A stretch of DNA of 64,000 bases from the human T2T-CHM13v2.0 reference genome, Homo sapiens: NCBI RefSeq assembly GCF_009914755.1, contig NC_060928.1; one strand, given 5' to 3'. Below the pieces are notes generated by a model. That model had not been told where the DNA came from, made no database searches, and was given only the letters and a program-made list of their open reading frames with translations. Position 1 is the first letter of the stretch. Every line of letters begins with the position of its first letter. Below are positions 16,271 to 30,719 of this stretch, in pieces. The position numbers and the translations under genes were made by a program.

Positions 16271-18777
16271 AATCTGTTAAAGAAATTTTAACCTATCTAC
16301 AGTTTAATATAATGGAAGTTTTTGTTAATGTTATCTTTGTGAGTGCTGGATATTTTGTATTTCTGTACAAAATATGAGCTTTTTCTCTAGGACACAGTTA
16401 ATTTGTTCAAAACCGCTTGATCCTTTTAGATACTTCTTTTATGATTTTTTGATGGGTTCAACTCAGTACTCAGTTTAAATGTAATTAATTTCTACCCCTG
16501 AGGCAAGACCTTTTAAATTGCTTTACCAAATGCTCTGTGAATTGAGCTTTTTTTCTTTCATTTGGCTGGCAAATACAGGTATAATCCAGGTCATATGTGA
16601 ATGTCAGGCACTGGTTTTTGTTGTCGTTATTGTTTGTTTGTTTTTAATCTTTGAAGATGCTTGTTTCCCTGGCAGTGAGCAGATTACTCACATGTATACA
16701 CTAATCAGTATTCTGCTAAGCACTGAAAGGAGAACATCTTTAGATATCAGAGATTTCTCTCTTTGAATGTCTAGCTTCTCAGACCTAGAAACTCTAGTTA
16801 CCTTAGTCTCCTGGAACTCTTGGCTTTGTACAATGCTAGGAGCCCACTTTCTCTGCCCCACTGCTGGAAACTCTAGCCACTAAATTAGGGCAGTAGCAGG
16901 GTTTAACTCCTTTGTTTTCTGTCTTTCGGGAATTACTTAATTCCCTCATATCCAGAGTCTTGTATTTCTGTGGGGGTGTCCCTGATTTTGTTTTTCAAGC
17001 AAGAAGATAAATCTAGTTTTCGGGTAGTCTTTCTTTAATAATTAGTGAGGGGTACTATTATACCTCATTACATATTTGTGTTTCTTCATTCAAAATATTT
17101 CTGTTCAGAGTAAATACTGACATCAGAAGCAAGATATTCTGAACTATTTTGGGGTATTTTGAATTCAGGAACATTTCAAAATGGAGCAGCAGGCATGTTG
17201 ATGGTATTTAACAATGTCATGTCTCTTATTCTCTGAATACTGTTGAAGTGTGAAATTCTCTTAAGAGTCACTTGAGAGCATAACAAAGCTAAGAGGTGGG
17301 CAATAAATATTAAATGTTCAAACTTGCCCTCTTCACATATTTAAACATAGCCTTTCTTTTCAGCTACTTCTAATACTCTTTTTAGAGTAAGTCATTAACT
17401 AGGAGGAATAACATCTTTGAAAAAGTGGAACAGTGTAGGATAATGTTTCTCTTATGTTAAGTGTATCCGTTAGGTTTTCTGGTGTATTTTCAGTAGACTT
17501 CAACTAAAATATGTAAATAAAATGTTGTATAGTATCTTTCAAATATATAATTCTGTTTTAATAAACATGTTTATCCAAACATATCATGAAGTAATTACTA
17601 TAATTAGGGCTGATATATCTTTGCTTTATTTAATAAAATGATTAATAACATTAACTTTCTGTTTTCAAAATTTAAAATATTATATGTTAGCAGAGAGAAC
17701 AATTTATAGCGATATGTACATTTTTTTCCATTAAGTACACTGGTATACTTTAATAATAATGCCTAATAAGATCAATGGAATTATTTCTTGTTCATTTATA
17801 TGTCATTTACCTAATTATTCTCAAACTCAGAATGCAAAGGGAAATCAATTATGTTACTATGCCTTTGTCATAACTATTGCCTCATAAATAGCATGCATTT
17901 AGCTACACACTTCATACTATTGCAATTCAAATATTGTGAAATACCAACTCAATTTACTGTTGTTTTGTAATTTTTTGGAAATGAAAAATTTCTTACCCAC
18001 CTAAACGTAATCTTAACTAGAATGCTTTGGTAAACTTTCTTAACAAATTTTTCTTCATTATACTTACATGTATTTTGTGATATAATACAATGTACGTACA
18101 GTTTCAGTTATATCAGTTTTTAAGAAGATTTGTATTTTCCCCCCGATATAATGAAAATTGATTTGGCAGTGACTACTAGCATTACAAAGGTGGTTGGCAT
18201 TTTAATAACTTGAATGAGAAAATCTGCAGCTCCATGTCTGTGTGTAGCAACACAAATACATTTTATCAAAAAAGAAAATAATTTGCCTGAACAGTTAACT
18301 GAAGTTAACATTATTTTTATTTTTAATCTTCAAGATTAAATCAGGATAAACAATACCACTATACTAAAAATATAATCAACATACTTGATAGTTTTATATG
18401 TTAGGTAATAGATTTTTGATGTGAATACCTAAAATGGAAAAAAGTGAGTATTTTTAATTCTTGGATTATAAAGCCTTTATAAGATAAATGATTTCAAATT
18501 ACTTCCTTCAAATGTAGTGCAAATTTTGAACTTTATCAATTTATTTCCTTTATCTGCAGAGGTGATCAAACTCTTGATTTTTTGGTTTAATCTTTACTAC
18601 AGGCTTATAGATTATATTATTTTTCTCAATTATTAAGTCTCCACCTGCATCAAAAAATGATGCATATCTACTTCTGTCAGGTAAAGGCAAATAATATTAA
18701 TAGAGATATAAATATTTTATAAAATCTTCTTAAAGGAAGAAAATGGTAAGTATGTAAGGAATTACTTGATCAAAAAT

Positions 18778-19053
<276 letters not shown>

Positions 19054-20384
19054 TTAGGGCTCAAGTATCTGGATATTTTTCGAGAAGGTTGTTTGATCCA
19101 GAAGAAACTCAATGGTGGATAAGTGAGAAGGCAGTAGTAGAAATGTCAGGCAAAAATGGGAAGTTTTCTTGGAAATCCACTTCCTAAAACCTGTGCTATT
19201 GTTTTGAAGGCCTGAAATATCAGAGTATGTTTAAAGCAAACAATTACTGACCCTTGTCCCTCCACTTCCGGGAAAATGTGTGGATTGCTTTCCTGAAAAT
19301 GAATAAACCAGGTTAAATAGTAGAAATGGGAAAAGTTGTGATTTTGAAGGATAGTCCACAGTCTGGCTGTCACAGCAGGAAGCTACTAATTTAATTTATA
19401 TTGTTCTTAAAGTAATCTACAGAGATACCTAGTAAAGATAAAGAAAATGATTCTATATAGGAAGTCATCATTCCAGGATTTGAGGAATCCTTCCAAGTAA
19501 TTTTGGCAGAAGCAGTAAGCATCATACTTTCAAAGCTAATAAAGAATGCAAGGAAACAGGACACATTTTGCAATAAGTAGCAGGAAAAATAACAGAAAAA
19601 AGTCACAAAAATTGCAGATCCGGTATTATTACAGACACATTGAAAAACATGTATTTGTATTATGTTCTAAGAAGTAAATTTGAAAATATCTGCCAAATGA
19701 AAACAATACAATGTAATCTTTCAGTTTTAACATGAAACTAATAACAAATTTTAAAGATAAATGATATTATCACTAAAATTAAACATTAGGAGCATGAGTA
19801 TGATAATATTTTGGACACAGCAAAAGAACTAGATCACTGGAAGCTAAATCAGAAAAGCAAATGAGCACAGTTCAATACAGTGAGATGAAAAAATGGAAAT
19901 GTAGAAGAGTGGTTATCACAAATAATGAGTTGTGTGAGGTGATATATTTAAATAGAGAGCTAGAATAAAATAAATGGAGCAGATAAATATGTGAATACTT
20001 AATGGCTTAAACTTTCCAAAATGATGAAAGATACATGTGTCCATTCAAGAAACACAGTAAATTTCGAGGAAAAAATAACCACTGAATTAACACTTAACAA
20101 TAAATCTGATGTGAGAGAAAGAGAGAAAACGAGAGCCAGAAAGACAGAGACAGACAGAGAAAAAGAAATCCTTAAAACAACCATAGGGAAAAAAAAAAGA
20201 CACTTTAAAATGTGGCAGCCAGACTACTTATTAAGAGCAACATAGTAACCTAAATACGTTTTATAATTTACTTCCTTTCATCACACTAAAGGTATCTTGA
20301 TTTACAATCTTGATTTTTAAACCCAACATATAAATCCTTAATTTATGAACACCTGATACTCACCAAGGAAACCCTAAAAGACAG

Positions 20385-22407
20385 AAGAGCCAAAATGGCC
20401 ATCAAGACAGAGCCGGGAAGATCCTCCACTGAAAGAGCTGACTATCAAGAAAACCAGCACACTCTGAGCAGATCTTCAAAAGGAAAGCATTGAGAGTGGA
20501 AGGAGAGAGGATGGAGACACTGGGCTAAAGGATCAGAAAGCTGGGAACCCAGCATGGGGTTGTGGAGCACCAGGACTCATTCCTGGCCCTGAGAGGTGAG
20601 GGAAGGGGTGAGTTAAATATGATGGAGTGGCTTACTCTTTCCAAAGAGCTCCAGAATCCTAGCTTTAGGAGACTTCACAATCCCCATGGACATTCGAGCT
20701 AGCAAGGAGAGTTGCTTGGAGAAGTAGCAAAGACAGGATTCCAGTATGTGTAGAGCCCAGATAGTTTGACATAAGAATGGTTCCAGTGAAGCACAGCCAG
20801 GGACACCCATTTCCTAAGGCTTACCGCATGCCTCTGAGTGACTTTGGTCATTATTGATTGTCAGACCTGCACAGAGAAGGGCTGTCTTGCCCGTGGGACA
20901 TGCCAGTGTGATTAGATGCTCTCCTGTTGACTGGCCTCTCCTGGGGTCCCCGCCAGTCCATACCCTGTTGGAGGGCAGCTTTGGATGCCCAACGAGGGTG
21001 CTTCTCAGTGGCCATCACCATAGCAGCAGACACTACTCTGCTCTCATTGCAGAGCTTCTGCAAATATACCTCCAATAGTGCACACCTACTTACAGTCCCC
21101 CCTCACTGCATTGCCGGCATGCACTGTGCACAGTCTTTACTCACTGTTTCGTCAGTGTGCACATATGCAGAGGCCTCACTGCAACTGCATGGGCCCCACT
21201 GGTGTGTGTGTGTAAACCCTGACAACCTGCCACTGCCAGGGTGAGTATGAGTATAACATGCCACACTGCACCCCTGCTGCAGCTGGTGCACATGTGCGTA
21301 AACATGGACCCCTCAGCAAATGCTCCAATTAAGCACTTTTGTTGGCATCCCCCATTGGACTATTGTTGCCAGTGGACTGAGAATGCTGTGGCCCTGTCAG
21401 TGCAGCAGGTACTTCATCTTGAGGGGGCATATAACAAAGCTGTGGGCCAGGTCCCAATCCCCGCAGTGTTAGAGCACACATCCCAGGAGAGCTGAGCTGA
21501 GCCTTGGCCACCTGAAATCATCCAGAAATGAAGCCAGTCAATTAAATGCAACTTATAGCATAGTAAACCCTCAACGGCATCAAAGTATACAAGTAAAAAG
21601 CCCCATCCAAACAAACAAACAAACAAACTTCAACGATTAAAGGAACATTAGCTCACAGAGATGAGAAAGAACCAGAACCAGCATAACTACACTGGCAATT
21701 CAATAACCCAGAGTGTCTTCTTAACTTTAGATGACCACAGTAACTCCCCAGCAACAGCTGTTAACCAGACTGAAAAGACTGAAATAATAGAGAATTCACA
21801 AGCTTGATGGCAATGAAAATTACTGAGATTCAGGAGACAGTTAAAAGCCCATCCAAAGAATCTAAGGAATCAATTAGAAAGAAACAAGAGCTAAGAGACA
21901 AAATAGTCATTTTTTTTTAAAAGACCCAAACTCTTGCCAGGCACAGTGGTTCACACCTGTAATCCCAGCAATTTGGGAGGCTGAGCAGCCAGGTTACCTG
22001 AGTTCAGGAGTTCGAGACCAGGCTGGCCAACATGGTGAAACCCCATCTCCACTAAAAATACAAAACTTAGCCAGGCATGGTGGCACACACCTGTAGTTCC
22101 AGCTACTCCGGTGACTGAGGAAGGAGACTGGCTTGAATTCAGAGGTTTCAGTGAGCCGAGATCACACCACTGCATTCCAGCCTTGGTGCCTTGTGACAGA
22201 GCAAGACTCCATCTCACACACACACACAAAAAAAAAAAAGAAGGAAAGAAAGACAATGACCCAAACTCGTCTAAGAGCTGAGAAACTCACTATGAGCCTT
22301 TCATTGTTTAACTGGAAGTATTAACAGCAGAAGGGACTAAGCTGAGGAAAAAATCTTAGAGCTGGGAGATGGGTTCATTGAATCAACTCAGTTAGACAAA
22401 TATAAAG
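20385..22407 (+). mobile_element. Old primate L1 (L1PA15-16/L1PB-like) 5'UTR and start of ORF1
   Basis: GCCAAAATGGCC 5' terminus motif, ~1.2-kb GC-richer UTR, then ORF1-like CACAGAGATGAGAAAGAACCAG; contains an Alu at 21935. Confidence 0.7.
21935..22254 (+). mobile_element. Alu (AluSx/Sz-like) inserted in L1 ORF1
   Basis: Full dimer with (CA)n+A tail; TSD GACCCAAACTC at 21923-21933 and 22258-22268. Confidence 0.92.
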
Positions 22408-22418
22408 GGGTGGGTCAC

Positions 22419-23585
22419 TGTATTAGTCTGTTCTCATGCTGCTATAAAGAACTGACTGAGACTGGGTAATTTAGAATCAAAATAGTTTTAATTGACTCAC
22501 AGTTCTGCATGGCTGGGGAGGCTCCAGGAAACATACACTTATGGTGGAAGGGGCAGCAAACATGTCCTTCTTGATATGGCTGCAGGAGAGAGAAGTGCAA
22601 AGCAAAGTGGGGGAAAGCCCCTATAAAACCTTCAGCTGTCATAAGAACTCACTCATTATCATGAGAACAGTATGATCCCCATGTCTAATCACCTCCCACG
22701 ATGTCCTTCCCCCAGCATGTGGGGATTACAATTTGCATTACAATTCAAGATGAGATTTTGGGTAGGGACACAAAGCCAAACTATATTATTCTTCCCATGG
22801 CCCCTCGCAAATCTCACGTCCTCACATTTCAAAACACAATTATGCCCTTCCAAGAATCCCCCACAGTCTTAACTCATTTCAGCATTAACCTGAAAGTTCA
22901 AGTTCAAAATCTCATCTGAGAAAAGGCAAGTCCCTTCCACCTATGAGCCTGTAATATCAAAAGCAAGTTAGTTATTTCCTAGATACAATGGGAGTGCAGG
23001 TACTGGGTAAATACACCCATTGGAGATGGGAGAAATTGACCAAAACAAAGGAGCTATAGGCCCCATGCATGTCTGAAATCCAATAGAGCAGTCATTAAAC
23101 CTTAAAGTTTCAAAATGATGTCCTTTGACTCCATGTCTCACATCCAGGTCACACTGATGCAAGAGATGGGATACCATGGCTTTGGGAAGCTCCACTCCTA
23201 TGGCTTGGCAGCGTACAGCCTCCCTTCTGGCTGCTTTCACAGGTTGGTGTTGAGTGCCTGCAGCTTTTCCAGGTGAGTGATGTGAGCTGTTGGTGGATCT
23301 ATCATTCTGGGATCTGGAGAATGACGGCCCTCTCCTCACAGCTCCACTAGTCAGTGCCCCAGTGGAGACCCTGCATGGGTGCTCTGACCCCACATCTTCC
23401 TTCTGCACTGCCCTAGCAGAGGTCTCCATGAGGGCCCTTCCCCTGCAGCATACTTCTGCCTAGACATTCAGGTGTTTCCATACCTCCTTTGAAATTCAGG
23501 CTGAGGTTCCTAAAGCTCAACTCTTGTCTTCTGCACACCCACAGGCCCAATATCACATAGACTCTACCAAAGCTTGGGGTTTGCA
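22419..23585 (-). mobile_element. THE1D-like 3' LTR (22419-22788) plus truncated internal sequence
   Basis: TGTATTAGTCTGTTCTCATGCTGCTATAAAGAAC LTR end; ORF 22968-23429 is decayed MaLR internal ORF (DLDVRHGVKGHHF). Confidence 0.88.
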
Positions 23586-23589
23586 GTAC

Positions 23590-24097
23590 TATTAAAATGC
23601 TCATTCTGCCCAACCCAAGTTACAGATTCAATGCTATTCCTATCATACTACCAACAACGTTTTTCACTGAACTAGAAAAAAAATTCTAGAATTAATTTGG
23701 AACCAAAAAAGTGCCTGAATAGCCAAAGTAATTCTAAGCAAAAAGAACAAAGCTGGGGACATCACACTCCCTGGCTTCAAACCATACTACAAGGCTACAG
23801 TAACTGAAACAGACACATAGTGTAATGGAACAGTTTTGAGAGCACAGAAATAAAGCCATGCATGAACAATCATCTGATTTTTAACAAAGCTGACAAAGAC
23901 AAACAATGGGGAAAGGACATCTTATTCAACAAATAGTGCCAGGATAACCTGCTGACCATACACAGAAGATTTAAACTGGACCCCTACCTTTCACCATACA
24001 CAAAAATCAACCCAGGATGGGTTAAAGACATAAATGTAAAACCTCAAACTATAAAATCTCTAGAAGAAAACCTTGGAAATACCATTCTGGAAATATT
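23590..24097 (+). mobile_element. L1 ORF2 fragment (post-RT region)
   Basis: TACAGATTCAATGCTATTCCTATC, CTAAGCAAAAAGAACAAAGCTGG, AAACTGGACCCCTACCTTTCACCATACACAAAAATCAAC. Confidence 0.85.
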
Positions 24098-26349
24098 ATG
24101 CAAGAAATAAAACCTACTTGATTGTGGTGGATTAGCTTTTTGATGTACTGCTAGATTTGGTTTGCTAGTATTTTGTTGAATATTTCTGTATCTATGTTCA
24201 TTAGAAATATTGGTCTGAAGTTTTTTGTTTCATTGCATCTCTGCCAGGATTTGGTATCAGAATGATGTTGTCCTCATAGAATGAGTTAGGTATGAGTCCC
24301 TCCTCCTCAATTATTTTAGATAGTTTCAGTAGGTGTGGTATCAGCTCTTCTTTATACATCTGGTAGAATTTGGCAGTGAATCCTTTGGGGCCAACACTTT
24401 TTCTGATTGATAGGCATTGTATTGCCAATTCATTTTGGAACTTCCTATTAGTCTGTTCAAAGTTTCACTTTCTTCCTGGTTCAATCTTTGAAGATTGCTT
24501 CCAGGAATTTATGCAGCTTCTCTGGGTTTTTCAGTTTGTGTACATAGAGGTGTTCATAATCATCCCTGAGGATTGTTGTATTTCTGTGGGGTCAGTGGTA
24601 AAGTCCCCTTTGTCTCTTTTGTGATTGTGTTTATTTGAATATTGTCTCTTTTTTTTCTTTATAAGTTTAGATAATGGCCTATCAACATTATTTTTTCTTT
24701 CAAATACGCAACATTCAGTTTTGTTGATTTTTTAACATTTTTTTCTCATCTCCATTTTGTTAATTTCAGTTATGATTGTGGCCATTTCTTTTCTTCTACT
24801 ACCTTCGAGGTTGGTTCTTTTTTGTTTTTTAGGTTCCTCTATCTGTGATGTTAGGTTGCAAATTTGAGATCTTTCTAGCTGTTGACATAAGTGTTTAGCA
24901 CAAGAAACTTTCCTTTTAACCATGCTTTAGCTGTGTTCTAGAGTTTCTGGTGTGTTGTATTTTTGTTTTCATCAGAGTCTAAGAATTTCTTGATTTCTGC
25001 CTTGATTTTATTGTTTACCCAAAAGTCATTCAGGTTCAGGTTGTTTAATTTTCACTTAATCCTACAGTTTTGGCGGATCTTCTTAGTATTGATTTGTATT
25101 TTTATTGTGCTGTAGTCTGATAGTGTGGCTGGTAAAATTTTTTTTTTATTTGTTGAGAATTGACTTATAGCTGAGCATGTGGTTGATTTTAGAATATGTG
25201 TCATGTGCAGATGATAAGAATATATATTCTGTTGTTGATGTGTGGAGTGTTCTGTAGATGTCTGTTAGGTGTATTTGGCCAAGTGTCAAGTTTAGGTCCC
25301 GAATATCTTTGTTAGTTTTCTGCCTCAGTGATCTGTCTTACACTGTCAGTGAGGTGTTGAGGTCTGCCACTGTCATCGTGTAGTTATGTAAGTTTCTTTG
25401 TATATCTCTAAGAGCTTGTTTTGTGAATCTGAGTGCTCCAGTGTTAGGTGCATATATATTTAGGATAGTTAAGTCTTCTTGTTTAATTGAATCCTTCATC
25501 ATTATGTAATGTCCTTTATTGTCTGTTTTGATCATTGTTAGTTTAATGTCAGTTTTATCTAAAATAAGAACAGCAACACCTGTTCTTCTTTGTTTTTCAT
25601 TTGTTTGGTACTTCTTTCTCCATCCCTTTACTTTGAACCTATGGGTGTTCTCACATGTGAGATGGGTCTCTTGAAGACAGCATACAGTTGGGTCTTGATT
25701 CTTTATCCACTTTGCCACTCCGTGCCTTTTAAGTGGGTGTTTAGCTTGTTTATCTTCAATACTGACATATGCACATTCGATCCTCCCAGCATGTTGTTAG
25801 CTGGTTGTTATGTAAACTTGATTGTGTAATTACTTTATAGTGTTGATGGTCTATATACTTGAGTGTGTTTTTCTGGTGCTAGGTAACAGTCCTTCATTTT
25901 CACGTTTAGCACTTTCTTAAGGATCTCTTGTGGTCTCTAAAGGCCTGGTGGTAATAAATTCCCCTAGCTTTTGCTTATCTGAAATGGATTTTATTTCTCC
26001 CTTGTTTATGAAGCTTAGTTTGGTGGGACATAAAATTCTTGGTACAAAATTTTATTTTTTCAAAAATGCTGAATATGGATTCTTAATGTCTTTTGACTGT
26101 GGGGTATTGCTGAGAGTTCCCCTGTGAGTTTGATGTAGTTTCCACTTTATGTGACCTGCCCCTTGTCGTTAACTGCCTTTAATATTTTTTTCTTTTGCAT
26201 TCACCTTCAAGAATCTGATTACTTTGTGTCTCTGCAATGGTTGTCTTACATAGCATCTTACATGGGTTATCTGAATTTTCTAAATGTATATGTCAATCTC
26301 TCTAGTGAAATTGGGGAAATTTTTTATAGAATCCCTTATTTCTCCAAGG

Positions 26350-26663
26350 CTTTTTCTTTTCTTTCCTTTTTCTTTTTTTTTTTTTTTTTTTTTTTTTTTG
26401 AGATGGAGTCTTGCTCTGTAGCCCAAGCTGGAGTGCAGTGGCATGATCTCAGCTCAATGCAAGCTCCACCTCCCAGGTTCCTACCAATCTCCTGCCTCAG
26501 CTTCTGAGTAGCTGGGGCTACAGGCACCTGCCACCATGCCCAGTGATTTTTTTTTTTTTTTTTGGTATTTTTAGTAGAGACAGGGTTTCACCATGTTAGC
26601 CAGGATGGTCTCAATATCCTCCCAAAGTGCTGGGATTACAGGCGTGAGCCACCATGCCTGACC
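26350..26663 (-). mobile_element. Alu (AluY-like) with a short internal deletion
   Basis: GCAAGCTCCACCTCCCAGG and TTAGCCAGGATGGTCTC diagnostics; jumps from ..ATCCT directly to CCCAAAGTG. Confidence 0.9.
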
Positions 26664-28411
26664 TTTCATTTTTTAAAATTCTTCTTTTCTTTATTTATTT
26701 TCTGGCTGTGTTAACTTAAATAATCAGTCTTCAGTCTCTGAGATTCTTTTCTTGGCTTAGTCCATTCTGCTGTGAATATTTCCAATCATTTTATGAAATT
26801 CTTGTACTGTGTTTTGTAACTCTATCTGCTAGGCTTGGTTTTTGTTTGTTTGTTTGTTTTGTTTTGTTTTTTCAAATGGCTAATTTTTTTCTCTTTAATC
26901 ATTTTACTGGATTCCTCAGATTCTTGGAAATAGTGTTCAACTTTCTACTGAATTTCAATGATCTTCATTTCCTTCTACCTCTCAGTTCTATATCTGTCAT
27001 TTCAGCCATTTCCTTCTATTTAACAACCATTGCTGTAGAACCAGTGCAGTCATTTGGAGGTAAAGTGACACTCTGACTTTTTGAGTTGCTAGAGTTCTTA
27101 TGTTGGCTTTTTTCTAATCTGTGTGGGCTGGTGTTTCTTTAACTGTGGTATAATTTGAGCATAGTCAGTTGACTTTGTTTCTGGATGTTTTCAAAGCACC
27201 TTTTCGCATGATCTTTATTAGTAGCTGAATTATTGTCCTGGGTTTCACAGAGGCTTATATTAGCAAAGTAATTTTAGTGTTGAAGTTTCTGCTGCAATCT
27301 GGCTGATGACACTTAGGTATAATGGCTGATAGGTAGGCTCTTGTTCAGCCTACCTACCTATAATGGCTGATAGGTAGGCTCTTGTTCATACACAAATGTG
27401 TATTTTCTCACATTTGCAGTCACGCTCAATGTCAGTATTCTGTGTGTGTAGGCTTCCCTCCTACTGAAATGCTGGCTGCATAGCTTGGCTTGTCACTGCA
27501 GTGCTGCACATCACAGCCCTGGGTTGAGCTCAAGGTTTTTGTTTCCTCGTAAGCTTGGGGACAAAAGAGGTGAGGACCTTGACAGTGGTAATGGCTGGAG
27601 GTCTATCACTTGTCTTTTGCAGCTCCACTATACAGAATTGCAGAGATGCTGCCAAATGGAGTGGTCAACCTTTGATGGGGCCTGTGCATTTTGGAACCAA
27701 GCTGGGGGACACTACTGGTGATGAGCAGAGGGTGTCAGGGCTTGTGAGAAGACAGATTCACCTCTTCTCTGTAGGGTAGCTGCAGTGTGCTGGAGGTGTG
27801 AGTAAAGCACTTGGGGTCTTGTTCCCTCCCCAGCTGGAGGGCAGCCAGGGCAGTACTGCTGAATAGTGGTTGCAGAGAAACTTTCAGCTGCTTCTGGGAT
27901 CTCCACCCCAGAGAAATGCAGAACCACTGCCACTGGGCATTTTCAGCCTGGAGTGGGGCTGCTGCACTATGAGCCTTTGCTGGGGCCCCTGCCTGGTGAA
28001 GAGCACGGGATCAAGTGCTCACAGAGAATAGAGATTGGGCTCCATGCCATATGGTGATCATATGGTAATCATAGTGTGCTGGAAGCATGAGTAAAGCATT
28101 CAGGCTCTTTTATTTCTTTCCCAGTCTAAGACAGCAAGGGCAGGTACCACTGCATGGGCAGTGGCAGTTGGCTGTCATTTGCCTCTGGGAGCTCCATCAC
28201 AGGATAACACAGAGCCACTGGCAATAGAAATGTTCAGCTTGGGTGAGGTAGCTACTCTGCAGGCCCAAGCAAGGAGTTCTGCTTAGTGAAGGATAGGAGT
28301 TGGGAGCTCACAAGGAAGAGAGACTGGGTTCTATGCTATATGGCAGCTGTGTCATGATGAAGGTGCTAGTGAAGCAACCAGGATTTTGTTCTTTCCCCAG
28401 CCCAAGGGCAG

Positions 28412-30719
28412 TTTCTTAGTCCTTTTTTACACTGCTGACAAAGACATACCTGACACTGGACAATTTAAAAAAGAAAGAGGTTTAATCAATTTGTAGTTCT
28501 ACATGGCTGGGGAGGCCTCAAACTCATGGCAGAAGTCAAGAAGAGGAGCAAGTCACATCTTACATGGATGACTGCAGCCAAAGAGAGACCTCGTTTGGGG
28601 AAACTCCCATTTTTAAAGCCATCGAATTTCATGAGACCCATTCACTATCATGAGAACAGCATGGGGAAGACTCACTCTCATGATTCAATCATTTCCCACT
28701 GGGTCCCTCCCACAACATGTAGAAATTATGGGAACTACAAGATGATACTTGGGTGGGGACACAGAGTCAAACCATATTATTATACCCCTGGCCCCTCCCA
28801 AATCTCATATCTTCACATTTCAAAACCAATCATGCCTTCCCAACAGTCCCACAAAGCCTTAACTAATTTCAGCATTAACTCAAAAGTCCACAGTCCAAAG
28901 TCTCATCTGAGACAAGTCAAGTCCCTTCCACTTATGAGCCTGTAAAATCAAAAGTAAGTTAGTTACTTCCTAGATACAATGGGGGTACAGGCATTGGGTA
29001 AATACAGCCATTCCAAATGGGAGAAATTGGCCAAACAACAGGGCTACACGCCCCATGCAAGTGTGAAATCCAGAGGGACAGTCAAATTTTAAAGATCCAA
29101 AATGATCTCCCAGTAACTCTATGTCTCACATCCAGGTCATGCTAATGCAAGAGGTGGGTTCCCAAGGTCTTGAGTAGCTCCCCACCCGTGGCTGTGTAGG
29201 GTACAGCCTCCCTCATGGCTACTTTCACAGGGTGACATTCAGTGTCTTAGTCTTCTCTAGGTGCACGGTGCAAGCTGTCAGTGGATTTACCATTCTGGGG
29301 TCTGGAGGACGGTGGCCCTCTTCTCACAGCCTCATTAGGCAGTGCCCCAGTAGGGACTCTGTGTGGGGACTCCAACCCCACATTTCCCTTCCACACTGCC
29401 CTAAACAGTGGTTCTTTATGAGGGCCTCACCCTTGCAGTGAACTTATTCCTGGACATCCAGGCATTTCCATACATCTGAAATCTAGGCAGAGATTCCCAA
29501 ACCCCCATTTTTGACTTCTGTGCACTCACAGGCTCAACATCAAGTGGAAGCTGCCAAGGCTTGGGGCTTGTACCCTCTGAAGCCACAGCCTAAAGTCTAC
29601 ATTGGCCCCTTTCAGCCATGGCTGGAGCAGCTGGGACGCAGGGTGCCAAGTCCCTAGGCTGCTCACAGCATGATGACCTTGGGCCTGGCCCACAAAACCA
29701 CTTTTTTTCTCCTAGGTCACCAGGCCTGTGATGGAAGGGGCTGCCATGAAGACCTCTGGCATGCCTTAGAGACATTTTCCCTATTGTCTTGGGGATTAAC
29801 ATTCATCTCCTCATTACTTATGCAAATTTCTGCAGCTGACTTAAATTTCTCCTCAGAAAATGGGATTTTCTTTTCTATCACATTTTCAAGCCGCAAACTT
29901 TTTGAACTTTTATGCTCTACTTCCTTTATAAAACTGAGTGACTTTAACAGCACCCACATCACATCTTGAATGCTTTGCTGCTTAGAAATTTCTTCCATGA
30001 GATACCCTATATCATCTTTCTCAAGTTCAAAGTCCCACAAATCTCTAGGCCTGGAGCAAAATGCCACCAGTCTCTTTGCTAAAACATAACAAAAGTCACC
30101 TTTGTTCTAGTCCCCAAGATCCTCATCTCCATTGGAGACCACCTCATCCTGGATTTCATTGTCTGTATCATTATCATCATTTTAGGCAAAGCCATTCAAC
30201 AAGTCTCTAGGTGGTTCTAAACTTTGCCACATTTTCCTGTCTTCTTCTGAGTGCTCCAAGCTGTTTCAACCTCTGCCTGTTACCCAGTTCTAAAGTTGCT
30301 TCCACATTTTCAGGCACTTTTCAGTAGAGCCCACTCTACTCGTACCAATTTACTATATTATTCCATATTCATGCTGCTGATAAAGACAGACCTGAGACTG
30401 GGCAATTTACAAAAGAAGGAGGTTTAATCAACTTACAGTTCCACGTGGCTGGGGAGGCCTCAAAATCATGGTGAAAGGTAAGTAGGAGCAAGTCACATCT
30501 TACATGGATGGCAGCAGGCTAAGAGAGAGCTTGTGTCAGGAAACTCCTGTTTTTAAAATCATTAGATCTGGTGAGACCCATCCACTATTACGAGAACAGC
30601 ATGGGAAATACCCATCCCCATTATTCAGTCATTTCCCACCAGGTACCTCCCACAAAACATGGGAATTGTGGGATCTACAGGATGAGATTTGAATGGGGAC
30701 ATAGAGCCAAACCATATCA
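28412..30719 (-). mobile_element. Complete THE1 (THE1B/A-like) MaLR provirus: LTR 28412-28779, internal 28780-30353, LTR 30354-30719
   Basis: Two ~367-bp LTRs, perfect 5-bp TSD GGCAG (28407-28411 and 30720-30724), internal ORF remnant 29717-30067. Confidence 0.95.

Noticed and set aside
24201-25718. Endonuclease/RT-like ORFs suggesting a novel retroelement
   Set aside because: Standard L1 ORF2p motifs, broken into pieces.
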